Assembly: GCA_965235115.1 (NCBI GenBank)
Contig: OZ249436.1
Coordinates: 20,152,001-20,216,000 of the forward strand
DNA length: 64,000 nucleotides
Direction: 5' to 3'
Source of the DNA: Laetmonice hystrix
Lineage: Eukaryota
Below the pieces are notes generated by a model. That model saw only the letters and a list, made by a program, of their open reading frames with translations, was not told the origin of the DNA and did no database searches. The position numbers and the translations under genes are program-made. Positions 11,876 through 24,700 of the stretch are shown here, piece after piece. Within the stretch, counting starts at the first letter, position 1. The number at the start of each line of letters is the position of its first letter.

Positions 11876-14070
11876 CATGCAGCAGGCGGGTCCGTGCGGT
11901 TCGCCCCGGGGAGGGGGTCGGCATGTAGCGTCCATCCATCACTGTCACAGCCAGCCCTCATCGCTTTGCTCATCCCCTGAACAGATTATCGTCCATTGTG
12001 GCCCTCCATCCATCCACCAGGTACCCCATCACCCCGCCGGCTTCCATCATTCACATAGCAACGGATTTCTTTCTGCCTTCGTCGTGTTTACTCCCCGGTC
12101 ACCACATACCATCCGAGTACAATCCAAGTTACCGTCGTGTAAAGACAGTCAAGAAAGAAGAAACCATCTGCCTGCTGTGAATTGAAATGTACTTTGTCAA
12201 AACCTTTTTTAAACTGGTCGTTCTATTGTCACCGAATTCCTTAATCACATGAAGTAAAGGTCCCCTCACTCAGTCGTCATTATGATTACTAAGTATACGC
12301 AACACGTGTAGGAATCCTAGTTGGATATTCTATCCATCACTTTAACCCAGTTGTGGCCATTTATATATCTGTACCATTGAACTACAACACTCCATTATAC
12401 TGGAGCAAAAAATGTTACAAAGGAAAAGATTCTGCGGGTTGGGGGACCACTTACTGCAACACCAGCCATTTTATTCACTACTCCAACGGAAAGCCTCGAG
12501 CATTCGGCTGCGGTTTCCAAAACAACCATTAGTAGTAAGGTACAGGCCTGACAAGGTCCTTGTGTGATACTACATCTCAGCTGAAATTAAGTCTATCACT
12601 TCTTCTATCGACCGCTACATGACATTGCTTGAATACAACGATCTGTCATCTGACGCTGGAGCCTGAGTTTTGGTGCGGCTTGGGTAAATTCCACGGTGTG
12701 ACTTATTAAAAGCTCTACTCTAGCATCGGCTGGCCGACAGCAGACCCAAATCCATTAATCGGTCATTAAAACGAGTAGCGACACCTACCAAAAATCTCCG
12801 ATATGCCTATACAGAATACGATAGAGAACATGTTTTATGGGTATAATTAAAATGTACACTTTTATATCACTGAACTGTAAAATCACATTAGGCACACTTT
12901 CAAACATAGAAGAATGCAGTCCAATTCGTTTATCCCAAATTTAGTATTTTCTTTGTGCGTTACTTCAACATACCGGCGGTTTATCGAGTACATCGAGTTT
13001 TCCCAGAAGAAGTAACTCAATTCAAAATATGGTAACGTTATTTCTTTTCCTCTCATTTTAACTACTGTTCTACATATGAAGATAAATTTTCTTGCATCAG
13101 TCCTTTGTCACGAGTTTACTTAGCGTACCGGGGTTAACTTTCTATTTGTTTTCTCTAGAAGGGTTATCAAATTCGATTTGACCCGATGCAGTACGTCACG
13201 GTACGACAATATACCGGGTAGCTGGTATTCAGTAGTTACTATGGGTCATTACCGACCACTACAGTGTTGAAAGGCGCTTAGGTAAGTCTGGGTATCACCT
13301 CTTCCGTTAAATCTACACAATATATCATATTAGGGTGTTGACGAGGCATTTAATAGGTTTGCATTATTTTCCAAGCCCATACCATTTTGATTTTTTTTAA
13401 GTTTCACATGACAAATACAAGAGACATACCGTACATACTCAAACAAAAGCCTGGGGATTATATTCCATATTACTGACGGGGTTCTTTAATCAGTTTAGCC
13501 GAGAAAGAATTTCAGGCTGATCAAAAATTGGGTTTGGTGGGCGTTTATTTGAGAATATACAGTTCACAGCTGTTCTTGCTAAAGGGGAGATGCAGAAGAA
13601 ACTGAGTTTAGATGTTTAATACCTTTAGAATGATCCTTTAAGACGTCAGCCATCACCAGTTAATTCCTGAAAGCAAGTGTTGTTTCCATACGACAGGCAG
13701 GGTGAAGGGCTGCACGTGTGGAGACAATTAATTCTCCTAACTCGGGACAGCTGTCTCCTCCAAACATTGCTGACAGGTTGTTGTTTTCTACCTTCATTCA
13801 ACCAACAAGTTCAGGTGACAAGAAGGCAGTGCTGGTTCCACTCGGGATACTGGTGATCAGTGTTGACAGTACCCGACACGAGTCGGCTTTATCGCCGTCC
13901 GTGGCTCTTTGAAGTTTGGCTGCTATAGCCTCAAGTCGTAATATGTATGATGTGTGGGTAAGTTGTATCCCTGACTGTTCTCGCCCGTGTACGAGTCCTT
14001 CTGACCGCACAACTTTCCAACCTCTCCATGCTGACATCGTCCTATTCCAGCAACACGACGTAAACGTTCA

Positions 14071-14513
14071 TGTCCAACACTGAAATATAAAACACAACAG
14101 TGTTACGATCACCATCAACTTATCAACGGTTCACTGAGCCGATCGATTGTTTGTCCAACTGAAACTAACACTGAAACATAAAACACAACAGTGTTACGAT
14201 CACCATCAACTTATCGACGGTTCACTGAGCCGATTGTTTGTCCAACTGAAACCAACACTGAAATATAAAACACAACAGTGTTACGATCACCATCAACTTA
14301 TCGACGGTTCACTGAGCCGATTGTTTGTCCAACTGAAACCAATACTGAAACATAAAACACAACAGTGTTACGATCACCATCAACTTATCGACGGTTCACT
14401 GAGCCGATTGTTTGTCCAGCTGAAACCAACACTGAAACATAAAACACAACAGTGTTACGATCACCATCAACTTATCGACGGTTCACTGAGCCGTTTCTGA
14501 GTTCAACTGAAAC
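14071..14513. repeat. 87-bp minisatellite, about 5 copies
   Basis: Unit TTGTTTGTCCAACTGAAACCAACACTGAAA(C/T)ATAAAACACAACAGTGTTACGATCACCATCAACTTATCGACGGTTCACTGAGCCGA starting at 14147, 14234, 14321, 14408, plus partial copies at each end. Confidence 0.95.
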
Positions 14514-17500
14514 CGCATATTTACCTGATGAAAAGCATAATTAAAGATGAAATATTATAATATGGCGTGATTTGCACACTGATCTGGATACAAATAAATA
14601 AACAGATTGCCAAACCTTTACAAATATTGTTTTTATTTTCTCTTCAAAACAGGAGAGCAACGTCTTCATGGTAAAAAGGGATGCAATTATTTCACTCTGA
14701 TAAATGATATTTCGAAAGAGCACCAGTAACCCCCAGAGATTAAATCAAATTTGCTCTTTTGCCATTGACTGCATTTAAGTACTATTGGTCGCCATGGTAA
14801 CACTCTGCTCGGCCAAGAAAAGCTGGGCATGCACAGGTCCATAAGATATTCATGTCATCTGAACTGCGTGGTATTTGAATCATACCATCAAGTACTTTAT
14901 TCCGGTCATGAGATGACATGATCCATGTCATCTGACCACTATGTTTTTATAAAATCACCCACCTTCTCTAGCAACAGAGTAAGTCTCAGTTAGGAAATAC
15001 CTAGATATGCAATGTACTGTTACTGGTTGTATTCCCATTATAGGTGAACTTATTAAGTTCTCCTGGCCAATAACGCTGAGGATTGCGACTGGCGTGCTAC
15101 GTCTTATTAACAGGTCGGGACGAAGGGCAATACAACGGCATTGGTTACAATTTATCCCTATCTCTGAAAATTAAATGTATCAAAAAATTCAAGTGTTGCC
15201 TCCTATCTCTGTAATTAACGAACGTAATCACATTTTCTTTTTACAAAATACCAGTAGTTCTGGTCAAGAGTTTTGTTTAATGACTTCTTTTTTTTTTAGA
15301 AACCCGCCCGATTATCTCCAAACATGAAGTACACATGTATATGAATTATTGATGTTTCTCATTAACAGTACCTGTCAGATTAAGCCAGAATTAAACATAA
15401 AACAATTACATTGAAATCATTCATAATCAGAGTGGGTGGAAAAGAGCCACGGCGACGTTTGCAAGCGAGTTTGAAGTGAGCAGTAAATTGGTTAGGTTCA
15501 AGACGGTCTTACTGTCAATGTCATAATACCTAGAGGCACGAACTTTCTCCAATCAGTTGCCCCTGCAGCACAGACCATCAGGCAAGTTATAACAACCGTC
15601 AATAGGGGATGTACAGTACCACAGCAGACACCGCTCAGTCATCTGTCAGTCTGCCCACAGACTTATCTGACAAATTTGCTGTCCCCCGTCGAACGGATCA
15701 GAATAAGTTGTTAGAAAGTTTTCTCTCAACCTTGCTATAATGCTGACGAGTGGCGATTTCTACAAACCTTGTTATAGGACTTGATGATGATGGATACCCG
15801 GCTCCCGTAGGCTGGGGTCATTGCTTACACCAAGGACCTTTGCTCTAGATGCAGTGACAGCCTTCACATTAGAAGAACACCGAGTTCACGTCACATCTAT
15901 CAAAGGTCTGAGAGTCTTTGGAAACCGACCTAACTGGTTGATCTATACCGCCAATCTCAACTTTCTTACACAGATACATCCTGGATTTACTTACTTTACA
16001 GGAGAATTATATACCCATACACCAACACTAAAGTCTGTCCATCAAATTGCCGGCTGGATGCGTTTCACCAATATTAAGCCTTTATTAATTAGTTACATTC
16101 TTTACTAACCATCAAATATTGATCAACATCTTCACAGACCCCGAGCTTGAACAAAGCGGTGATGAGAGGTGCAACCCCAGTGGCCTGGTAAAACTGTTGC
16201 CCACTCCTGGACCCTCATAGACATAATTTATCACTTGGCCCTCCAAAAATATAGAGACTACTCCCCCTTTTCTGAATACATTCCTCTCCCGAATCCAGGA
16301 GTCTGATTTTAGGCCACCACGGGGCCCCCAAAGAGACTTCCGCCCTTCCTGAACCCGGAGGTTGGGTGCCTACAAACACTACAGGCCGACATTTGGACGG
16401 TAAGTTACTTGGGGTACTTGAATAGTTTACACAAAGTGCTCTATACCTTGTATTATTGAGCTGAAGCCGGGTGCGGTCACACGTCTCTCCACTGTCCGTC
16501 ATTATCCAGCTACATGTTTAAACGGTCATGTAACCGTTTATTCAGCTACATGTTTAAACGGTCATGTGAATGAATCTCATATATGCGGCCCAGTATTGTT
16601 GACATCATACTGCGGCGTTTTTAATTGGAGTTACTGGTAACTGAAAGTCGGCGAGTCACGAAAAGGCTGCATCAGACTGCCACAGGGAGGAAACCCCGTC
16701 TGAACAGCTCCTGCATTCTTAATGTGAGGTCTTTAGTGGATGCAGTGAAGCTCTCCCTAACATGCCATGACATGACATTCGAAAGTCTTAACTGACATGG
16801 CTTGCTTTAACCCATCAGCCGAGCCAATACCGCCCAGTACACGGTGACAGCTTTGGGAACAAAAGGAACAAAAATTACGTTAAAGCTCTATTTAAATAAT
16901 AGGCCACTATATTAAGATACATCGTGGCATTTCACCATAAAATATTTTTAGAATACATATCTGTTGTTCTTTTTAAAAAAGTAACACAATTTTCCCAATA
17001 AATACGTCTTATCAAATGAAAGTAGATATCTTTAACGTTCTTATCTGAATACGTGTAACATTTTAGTGGCCAAAACTTTTTTCCGGCAAGTACGTCTCCA
17101 GTCGGGCCTTTCAACGTTTCTTCTCTAGCCATGATAACCCCCGCTGTCCCGTGATATATACCGGTACGAGGTACCGCGGCGTATATATATCACATTATAG
17201 TACCATCGCCCTCTCCCCGACAGGCCATTCATAACGGCGCCTCGTGTAGCATAGGAAACTTTGGTGAAGTACCCTTCCGCTAGCTGAGGCACTGACCAAT
17301 GAAACGGTTCTCTCTCCCCTGCCGAAAGTTTTATTCCTTGCCATGTGAATAAAGCTTCCACATCATGACTGGAGCCTGAATAATGACCCTGTACAGCCAT
17401 GATTCAGACGCTCGTCTCTTGTTTTCTACCTTATGGTTCATTTGGTGGCTAGACCTCAGGGAGTTATGATCAGTGGTGGGCCTTCATTTCTACCCACCAC

Positions 17501-20489
17501 ATATACCGGTAATCGACAGGGGGATTCGCACCTAATACAACCATGTACACTGCCACTGTAAAGAGGCACTGCTCGGGGCTAACAACATTATCGAAAGGAA
17601 TATGGTTTCGAGAAGAGATGAGAAAGTTTCCTTAAAGGAGGTGTAGGCCCTACTTTCCAAGAGTGTCCGAAGTACTGCTATTAATTGTGCCTACTGTAAA
17701 CTCCCAGATTTCGCATCTTTATTCATTTTATAAACTTCGCGATTTTAACTTTGAGAATTTACGAATATTTATCTTTGCAACTACTTTAATGCACCCTTTA
17801 ATTTCAATAATTTTCAATGCTGAGAAACATCTTGAGCTATCTTGGCAGATGGAAATTCCTGGATTTACCGGCTTTGGTGTGAAGATTTCGAGTGTTCCCA
17901 CGTCTGCGCTGTGGCCTTTTTTTGTGTCACGTTCATAATTTCCTCACGTCGAAGTGGGGATTCCTAACGACAGTGCTTGTCCTCTCCAGCCAGAGCCTGT
18001 TTTACAGCCGGGTGTGAGGGCATGATACCAAATTTACCGTTGTCTGGTGTGCACTCTGTGGCATTTCTCACACTCACGGCTTCACAGCTGAGTTGTTGCT
18101 GCGAACGCTCATTCCCACAAAACAACCGTGACATTAAGTCATAAAACAGCTCACTTTAGGCAGGCCGTCATTTTGGGTTACGTTATCGTTAATCTTCGTA
18201 ATTACAGCGGTTGATCATTACCCTTAAAACACTTCACACAACCCGTGTAATTACCTGAGAGACACAGCTGAGCTGTTCATGAACAAACCTAGCTTTGCTT
18301 CTATGAACACTGATACCGTCACACTTTATATCTGTCCCTTTAATAATTGTTACTTCCATTATCGTAACTATGTTTTGAAAACACCCATGAGGGGCATCAG
18401 TTTCCCTGTGTCTATATTATTAGATGCTGGTCGAACTCTCCTATTTATAATGTACACGGGATTGATAATACGGTCCATATTTGATAGGGATTCAAAGACT
18501 CAGGGTCTCCCCAATGTCGGTATGCCTCGTTTGTCGCACACACAAAGGTCGCGCGCCAACCAATGATCAGAGGTTAGAAAGCCATTTGATAGATTTCCCT
18601 GCCGTGTTGGTCTCATCACATGGCCTCGCTGCCCGTGGCCGCCGACTTCCGACGGGTCGGGCCGGGCGGGGCCACCGACCCACCGGTCTGTACGGAACCG
18701 ATTAAAACGTGGCCAGTCTGGGTACGACATGGGGAATCAGTATAGGCACACTCCAACAATCGTCATCACGTCTCAACATCTCACCCTCAGGCGGGTCAGA
18801 CTAGGGTCACTACCTCATACAAGGTCAAAGGAGGCAAATAGTTGTCAAAATGAGAATTCAGCAGGGCTTGCTATAGTTTTGACGGTACATTGTTTCTGAT
18901 TGCGGTCGACGTACCGTGACTTATCATTCTGACTGGCATCCTACACCGTTTTAGCTGATGAACGCCAGGAAGGGAGGGTTCTCCTTTCAATGTATCTTCA
19001 TTACTGATAAAGCAGGGGGTGGTACTACCTGGATAATTGTGATTGAGTTACACGGCATTATCTTACTAAGGAGCAGAGTCGCACAATTAACTCAATTACA
19101 ATCAACACAAAATCGCATATACTGGGACCGATTTAAAAGTCACACAGAAAAAGCTGTAACCTTAAAAGCTCATTTGATCTTGCTGAACCTCCTAATCAGT
19201 CTCTTACACTTCCGAGTGCACTATTTCCGTAACTGAGTGATCCATAAGTTTAATGTTCTCCCCTCATTGCCCTTAACTTCCGATTCATATTGTTTTAACA
19301 TGGAACTAAAGAGAACAATAAACTCCTAAGATAGAAATCTGAAGAGCGTTGAAATCTTGATGTACTACAGTAAGTGATTACCTGTGGTCACGCTTGTGGT
19401 GATAGATTTCCCTACCGTGTTGGTCGACTGAAGTTAATACCGATTGCGAGCTCGTATCTCTTACTGTCAGGGCTCATAACAACCTGAGCTTCCATTATAT
19501 CCCACCTGATTATTGAAGATAACCCCAATAAAAATTGTTTGACACGTAGGCCCGAGTTATACAATCTCTAAAAATAGTAAAGATGTATGAGATTTCAGAA
19601 GATGATTTAAATTCTGCCGTCTTTCTTTTGAACTTAACAGGAAGAGGCACGGCGGAAGGAATTTCGGATTGGGCAGGGGAGGGGGCTACTCTATTACAGC
19701 ACTTCAGGCGAGGGCCCAGCGGCCCCCTAGCTCCCGGAAGCTCCAGGGATAAAGATGACTGTAGACGCATTCTGACCTATTTTAGGTATAAAACCGCAGC
19801 ATAAAATGACCCAAAAATAGATGAGGTTTTCCCACTTCCGTATTCATTCTCGACTATTTTTTTCAGAAAATGAAATTATTGGGGGGGGGGCAGCCCCCCT
19901 GCTCCACCGTGCCTGAGTTAGGCCTACTGTGGGTTCTCTGCCGTAAACCAACCTAACTGCTTGCCCTCTCACTAAGCCAGCCTCTCAACTTCCAGTCCAG
20001 TGATCACGATCCGATGGCTATTGTTTGTCTTTCGGCTACTATTAGAATATCTCTCGGCACACCTGTTCATTATGACAAACTGTAACATTATAAGCTGCGT
20101 ATCACTTCCATGTCTTAATCAAAAGATGTAACTAGATACTCTGACTGCCAAGCAATACAGGTAGGATCTAATTTCCCCAATGGTTTTCTATGATTAGCCT
20201 ACCTACATTTTACCCTCATTTTAATTTGACTGTCCTATGATTCCGCCAACTGTTCCACAGGTACCTGACACTGCCGCGCCGACATTACCTCGAGAGGTTA
20301 TTTCCATTCACATGGAATTTACTAAGTATCCCTTTGACATTATAAAATAGTATAGTCCTTAGGATTACATAGATACCCGCCAGGTCAGTGTCACACAAGG
20401 ACAATGAATGTCCTCCACACCAGGCTTTGGGCTCAGGCTAAAAACGAAATGCCGCTGACCTAAAGTTTGTCATGGCACTTCAACTCCAC

Positions 20490-21426
20490 AGCCAACAATC
20501 AAAGTATTGTTTTATTGAGCTCTCCTCCTAGGTAAGATTCAAAAACATGCATTAAGAGAGAATTTAGACAGTTATACCTTTTAGACAGTTACACCTACAG
20601 TTCAAAAGCACAGCTAATTACGTGTTGTCAGTTCTGAGTACACATAATATGACATATTCCCCCAACTCCACCCTGACTGGGAGGACGGGGGGGGGGGTAT
20701 CTACGACCGCCGACCCTCATCACCAGCCCTTACATGCATAATGCTAGGCGCACATTGCACAACATTTGTTGCAAGTCGTGTGTTTTGCCGACTTACAACA
20801 AATGTTGTGTAAGATCGAGGGGGGGGGGGCACACATCCCGCGACTCGTCGGAGCACATTAACCAACTCATATGTCATGATCAACATTCCATGTAACATTC
20901 ATGCGCTTTTGTTGCATTTTTTGCAGAGATGAAGTACAGGCTCAGCATCGTGCAGGTCAGCGAGCTAAGACTGTTCAGCTAATATGACAATAAAAGAGTG
21001 ATCAACTTTCCTTCCTTAGCTACACAAATGTCCACCTTATGAGTACACAACACTAAGATTGATACTCTGCACGAACGCGCCTTCCCTAGTATGTTCTGCC
21101 CACATTTTGAAATTCCATGCCTTCACGAAAACTACCAATTTATACATCAACTACTGAAGGCACGATTAATAAAATACTTCCACCTTCGCTGGAATCACCT
21201 CTTTCTCAAAGCACTGAGCCGTCTCCTTCATTAGTAAAGACAGCGAGTTCCTGACAAGTCCGTAGCCTTTCCACCGCTCCCGCTGTCAGCTACTCCAGCC
21301 ACCAAAGAAGTGTTGCCTGCCAATCCTTGGCTTCCCATTTCCACTAAGAATGTGAAATCAAATGCAAGCCTCTCAAGAAATTGCTGAAAAAACAGCTTTG
21401 CTGAGACAGGATTCCGACTCATCTGT
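20490..21426 (-). other. Putative FAM174 terminal 3'UTR exon
   Basis: Donor GTGAGT 3 nt after the stop (21563-21568); acceptor caatcactcctgtctttag ending at 21427; minus-strand AATAAA at 20511-20516. Confidence 0.55.
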
Positions 21427-21571
21427 CTAAAGACAGGAGTGATTGCTTACATGGTGTTCGCCCTTCCTTCACCTTCAGTGTGCAGCCTAGCGATGCTTCA
21501 CAACCTTTTACACGAAACACATGGTCAGAACTGCCCTCTTACGTTCTTTCTGATCTAAGGAAACTCACCCG

Positions 21572-21707
21572 TTACTTGTGCAGCCCATTGACTTCAAAAA
21601 CGGTCATATCTTCATCATCATCCTCTTGGTCCAACGGTGTCATCTCCATGTCACTGGCCGGCGTTGTCAGAACGCCATACTTTTTCGTTTTGCTTTTTCT
21701 TCTTGTT
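21572..21707 (-). CDS. FAM174: FAM174 coding exon 2
   Basis: Acceptor tttcag; KKYGVL...MEMTPL...DDDEDMTVFE; TAA at 21572-21574. Confidence 0.9.
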
Positions 21708-24700
21708 CTGAAACAGACAAACCATGATGCGATATGTAATTCAACCAAAGGAACCATGGTGGAAATAGCTACAAACAAAAACAACTCACAAGTCATCGGA
21801 AGTCTACCTTGAGACGGGCTCCAAATGTGTGAGGATGAAATATCCAAACATTTCTATGTCTAGTTCAGAAACTGTTTACAGGCCAAACAAAGTCAAAGTG
21901 CCACAACAGTGGGTTTCTCAACTAGTCTAGTAGAGAGGGACTTTTCTAGGGACCCACACTTCTTGCAAATGAGTCGGCGCTTATACAAATTGAGGCATGA
22001 AGTTGAAAATCAAACCAATACTAGTATTGTCCAACAGTCCCTTGGGTAGGATGCTGATGTGTAACGTGTCATATCCAGGCTATATAATCTAATCATTTGG
22101 TGGTTCGCTTTCTTCAAAGAGTAAATTGTAAAATTTGAAATTTTCCTTCAGCGAAGCAATAATTGAAGTCTGATAACCAGATAAATTCATAGACCACGAA
22201 AGAAAAAAAGTTATTTCCTACATTTTATTTTTGCAAAAGGTCCATGAGCTTGGAAAGATTTGTGCCTGTTGCGCCTGCCTGAATGACTTGTAGCCAACTA
22301 GTCACCACACTGACCATAAAACAAGAAAACAGGATGCACCTAACAATGCAGCGCCCATGAAACCTTTCCATATCGCAACGGCAAGTTCCTTTTTTTCCGT
22401 GGTGGTATTCTTTCATTCCTGTTCCGTCTTTGACTTGTCTGACAGTCAAGGCAGCAGCTGTCAACTTGCCATGTCACCTTCATTTGTTACCTTACACTAA
22501 GACTACTAAGAGCAGCCTCATATGGCATCTGGCTGCTTCCCATAGCAGGGGCTCGTTATTATAAAGAATGGCCCTCATCCCGCGGGCTCGGCGGCCACCT
22601 GCCGACTTTGACCGCCACGACTTGACCACTCACATTTCGGTCGGCACCTCAGCATGGCCACCCGCTTCAAATGGCCTGCTGTCCACAAGGTGGTGGCCAT
22701 CTTGGAGCAGACTGCCAATAACGCTCCGCTCCATTATCCCTGTTTGTGATCTCATTACCTTTTCTTCACCACGTCCCTCTGGGATGTACATCATTACAGT
22801 CTCTTACTCTTCCATTATCTTTATTTATTACCGTCAAAGACCTGAATAAATACTGTAATGTTCTTCACAAGGGTCGCAGCACCAAAGTCTGCAACGTTTC
22901 CCTTAGGTTATGATGATATGAAAGCTAAACTACGTCTTTCACATATATTTCTGAGCCAAGAAGACATGATAAAAAACATCCAATCGGCACCCTCAAACTA
23001 CTCGCCTTTATCCCAGTTATGTTTAATCAAATTTCAACAGAAATTAATGCCAAGAATTTCCGCAAGACGTGACATAAGGGCATTCATTTTTGAGACTATC
23101 ATTTTTATTGCTGACATAGAAAATTCGAACTGAAAACCACTCACTGAAATGTACGCTACCAAAGTCGTCGTCTTGAAACGGGACACTGGCTGTTATAGGT
23201 CATGGCCAGATTTCTGACATGACCTCTATTTAATCACAAGCCATCTCTTGACTAAACACGAAAGGATGACGTTAAACATTAAACTCTGCTGTAAATTTCA
23301 AGGAAGGTGAATAGAGTTCCTGCATTGAAGTTTAATTTGGCATTAATTCTCGGTTTCTATAGGAGCTCACAAAAACGGGGTTGTTATCTATAGGCCTACA
23401 CGTACCCATGACGAGTAGCGAGTTCCTGTGTGGAATCCGTAGAGTTTTCTTACCCATAATCTCGGGAGGGTATCCTTGTATGCTTACAGAGGTGGCCTTT
23501 CGGGCCCAAATAGAATGCCCGAGAAAGATGGCGGTGGCTTGTACTTAAATTGACTTTCCTCCACCTGGAGCCTCGGGGGGGGGGGGGGGTTGTCATCATT
23601 TTGGACGATTGTGGATAGGTAATGTGAATAATAAGCATCGACAGAAGCTATGGTGTTCCCTCACCTGAAGCTTCAGGGGGGAATCCTCGATTTCAATGAC
23701 ATTTTCTTGGCATGGTCACGGTCGTGGAAGTAGATATATAACAGTAACTACAAGGAAACCTTGTGTTGGGAGTTGTGTGGAATGAAATATCAGGTTTACC
23801 GTGTGCGTAGGCTGGAGTACCACGGGAAGGCCTTTTGAAACTCGTACCAGCCATTCTGTCAGCACTGCCTACACATATCTCATTATACGTATCTGGCGTC
23901 TGTCCCCATTGTCATCTGCGGTCGTGAGAAGTTATTATTGGTACAAATACACGTATCTCCAAACACATTGAACTTTTAATAGGCTGCCATTGTCACCATT
24001 GGAATAGAATGTCATTTATACTGGCAGCAAAGACACGCTCCCAATGGAGTGCTCTTACTGCTTTTGAGATGTTTGAATCGCCTTTGATTTGACAAAATGT
24101 TGCCAGACTTTGTTAGATACCACGAGATGAGCGGCTGGACACGACCAAGTATCAGAAACTGTGACCACTGCCATATTCTCGATCGTCCGTCATTACTTTG
24201 GGTTTGCTCATGCTACCACTGCATGTCAAGTTCGTCGTCCAACCAAAGTAACCCCACTGCATACGATGACCTGACGCTATTTTAGATCCATGCAAACACA
24301 GAGAAGATCCCATCACGGCGGACCCGTTTTTGACACAGCAGCAGCGACAACACCAGACTCTACCTGTTGACTCTGTTGATGAACAACGTGATTGCCGACA
24401 AGACGAACGGGCTATGTACTGAGGTCAAACCAACCAACTCGTCCAAATCTGCCTCCTTACACCCTCAGACAGAACCTGCCCTCAGACCATCTCTCAGGTT
24501 TTGGACCTTTGAGGTTTATTACATGTACAAAGGGAAGATCCTTGTCACACATGGTCACCACCGTGACACAATCTATTTGGAGCAACTCCGCAATATGAAT
24601 CTGCCCTTTGCACTTGTGACAGAAGCTTTAATTAAATTAGTCTCTCCTTGGCTAATTTATTTTTTAACCTCTCTTCAGCGGCACTAATCCTCATGCAACT

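Noticed and set aside
15800..16500. Possible decayed retroelement pol fragments (also about 24000-25300 and 60400-61300)
   Set aside because: The composition looks like old coding TE debris, but I could not identify diagnostic motifs.
18588..19426. 26-bp direct repeat TGATAGATTTCCCT(G/A)CCGTGTTGGTC about 813 bp apart, as possible LTR ends
   Set aside because: The similarity does not extend further, and no TG...CA termini, PBS or PPT were found.
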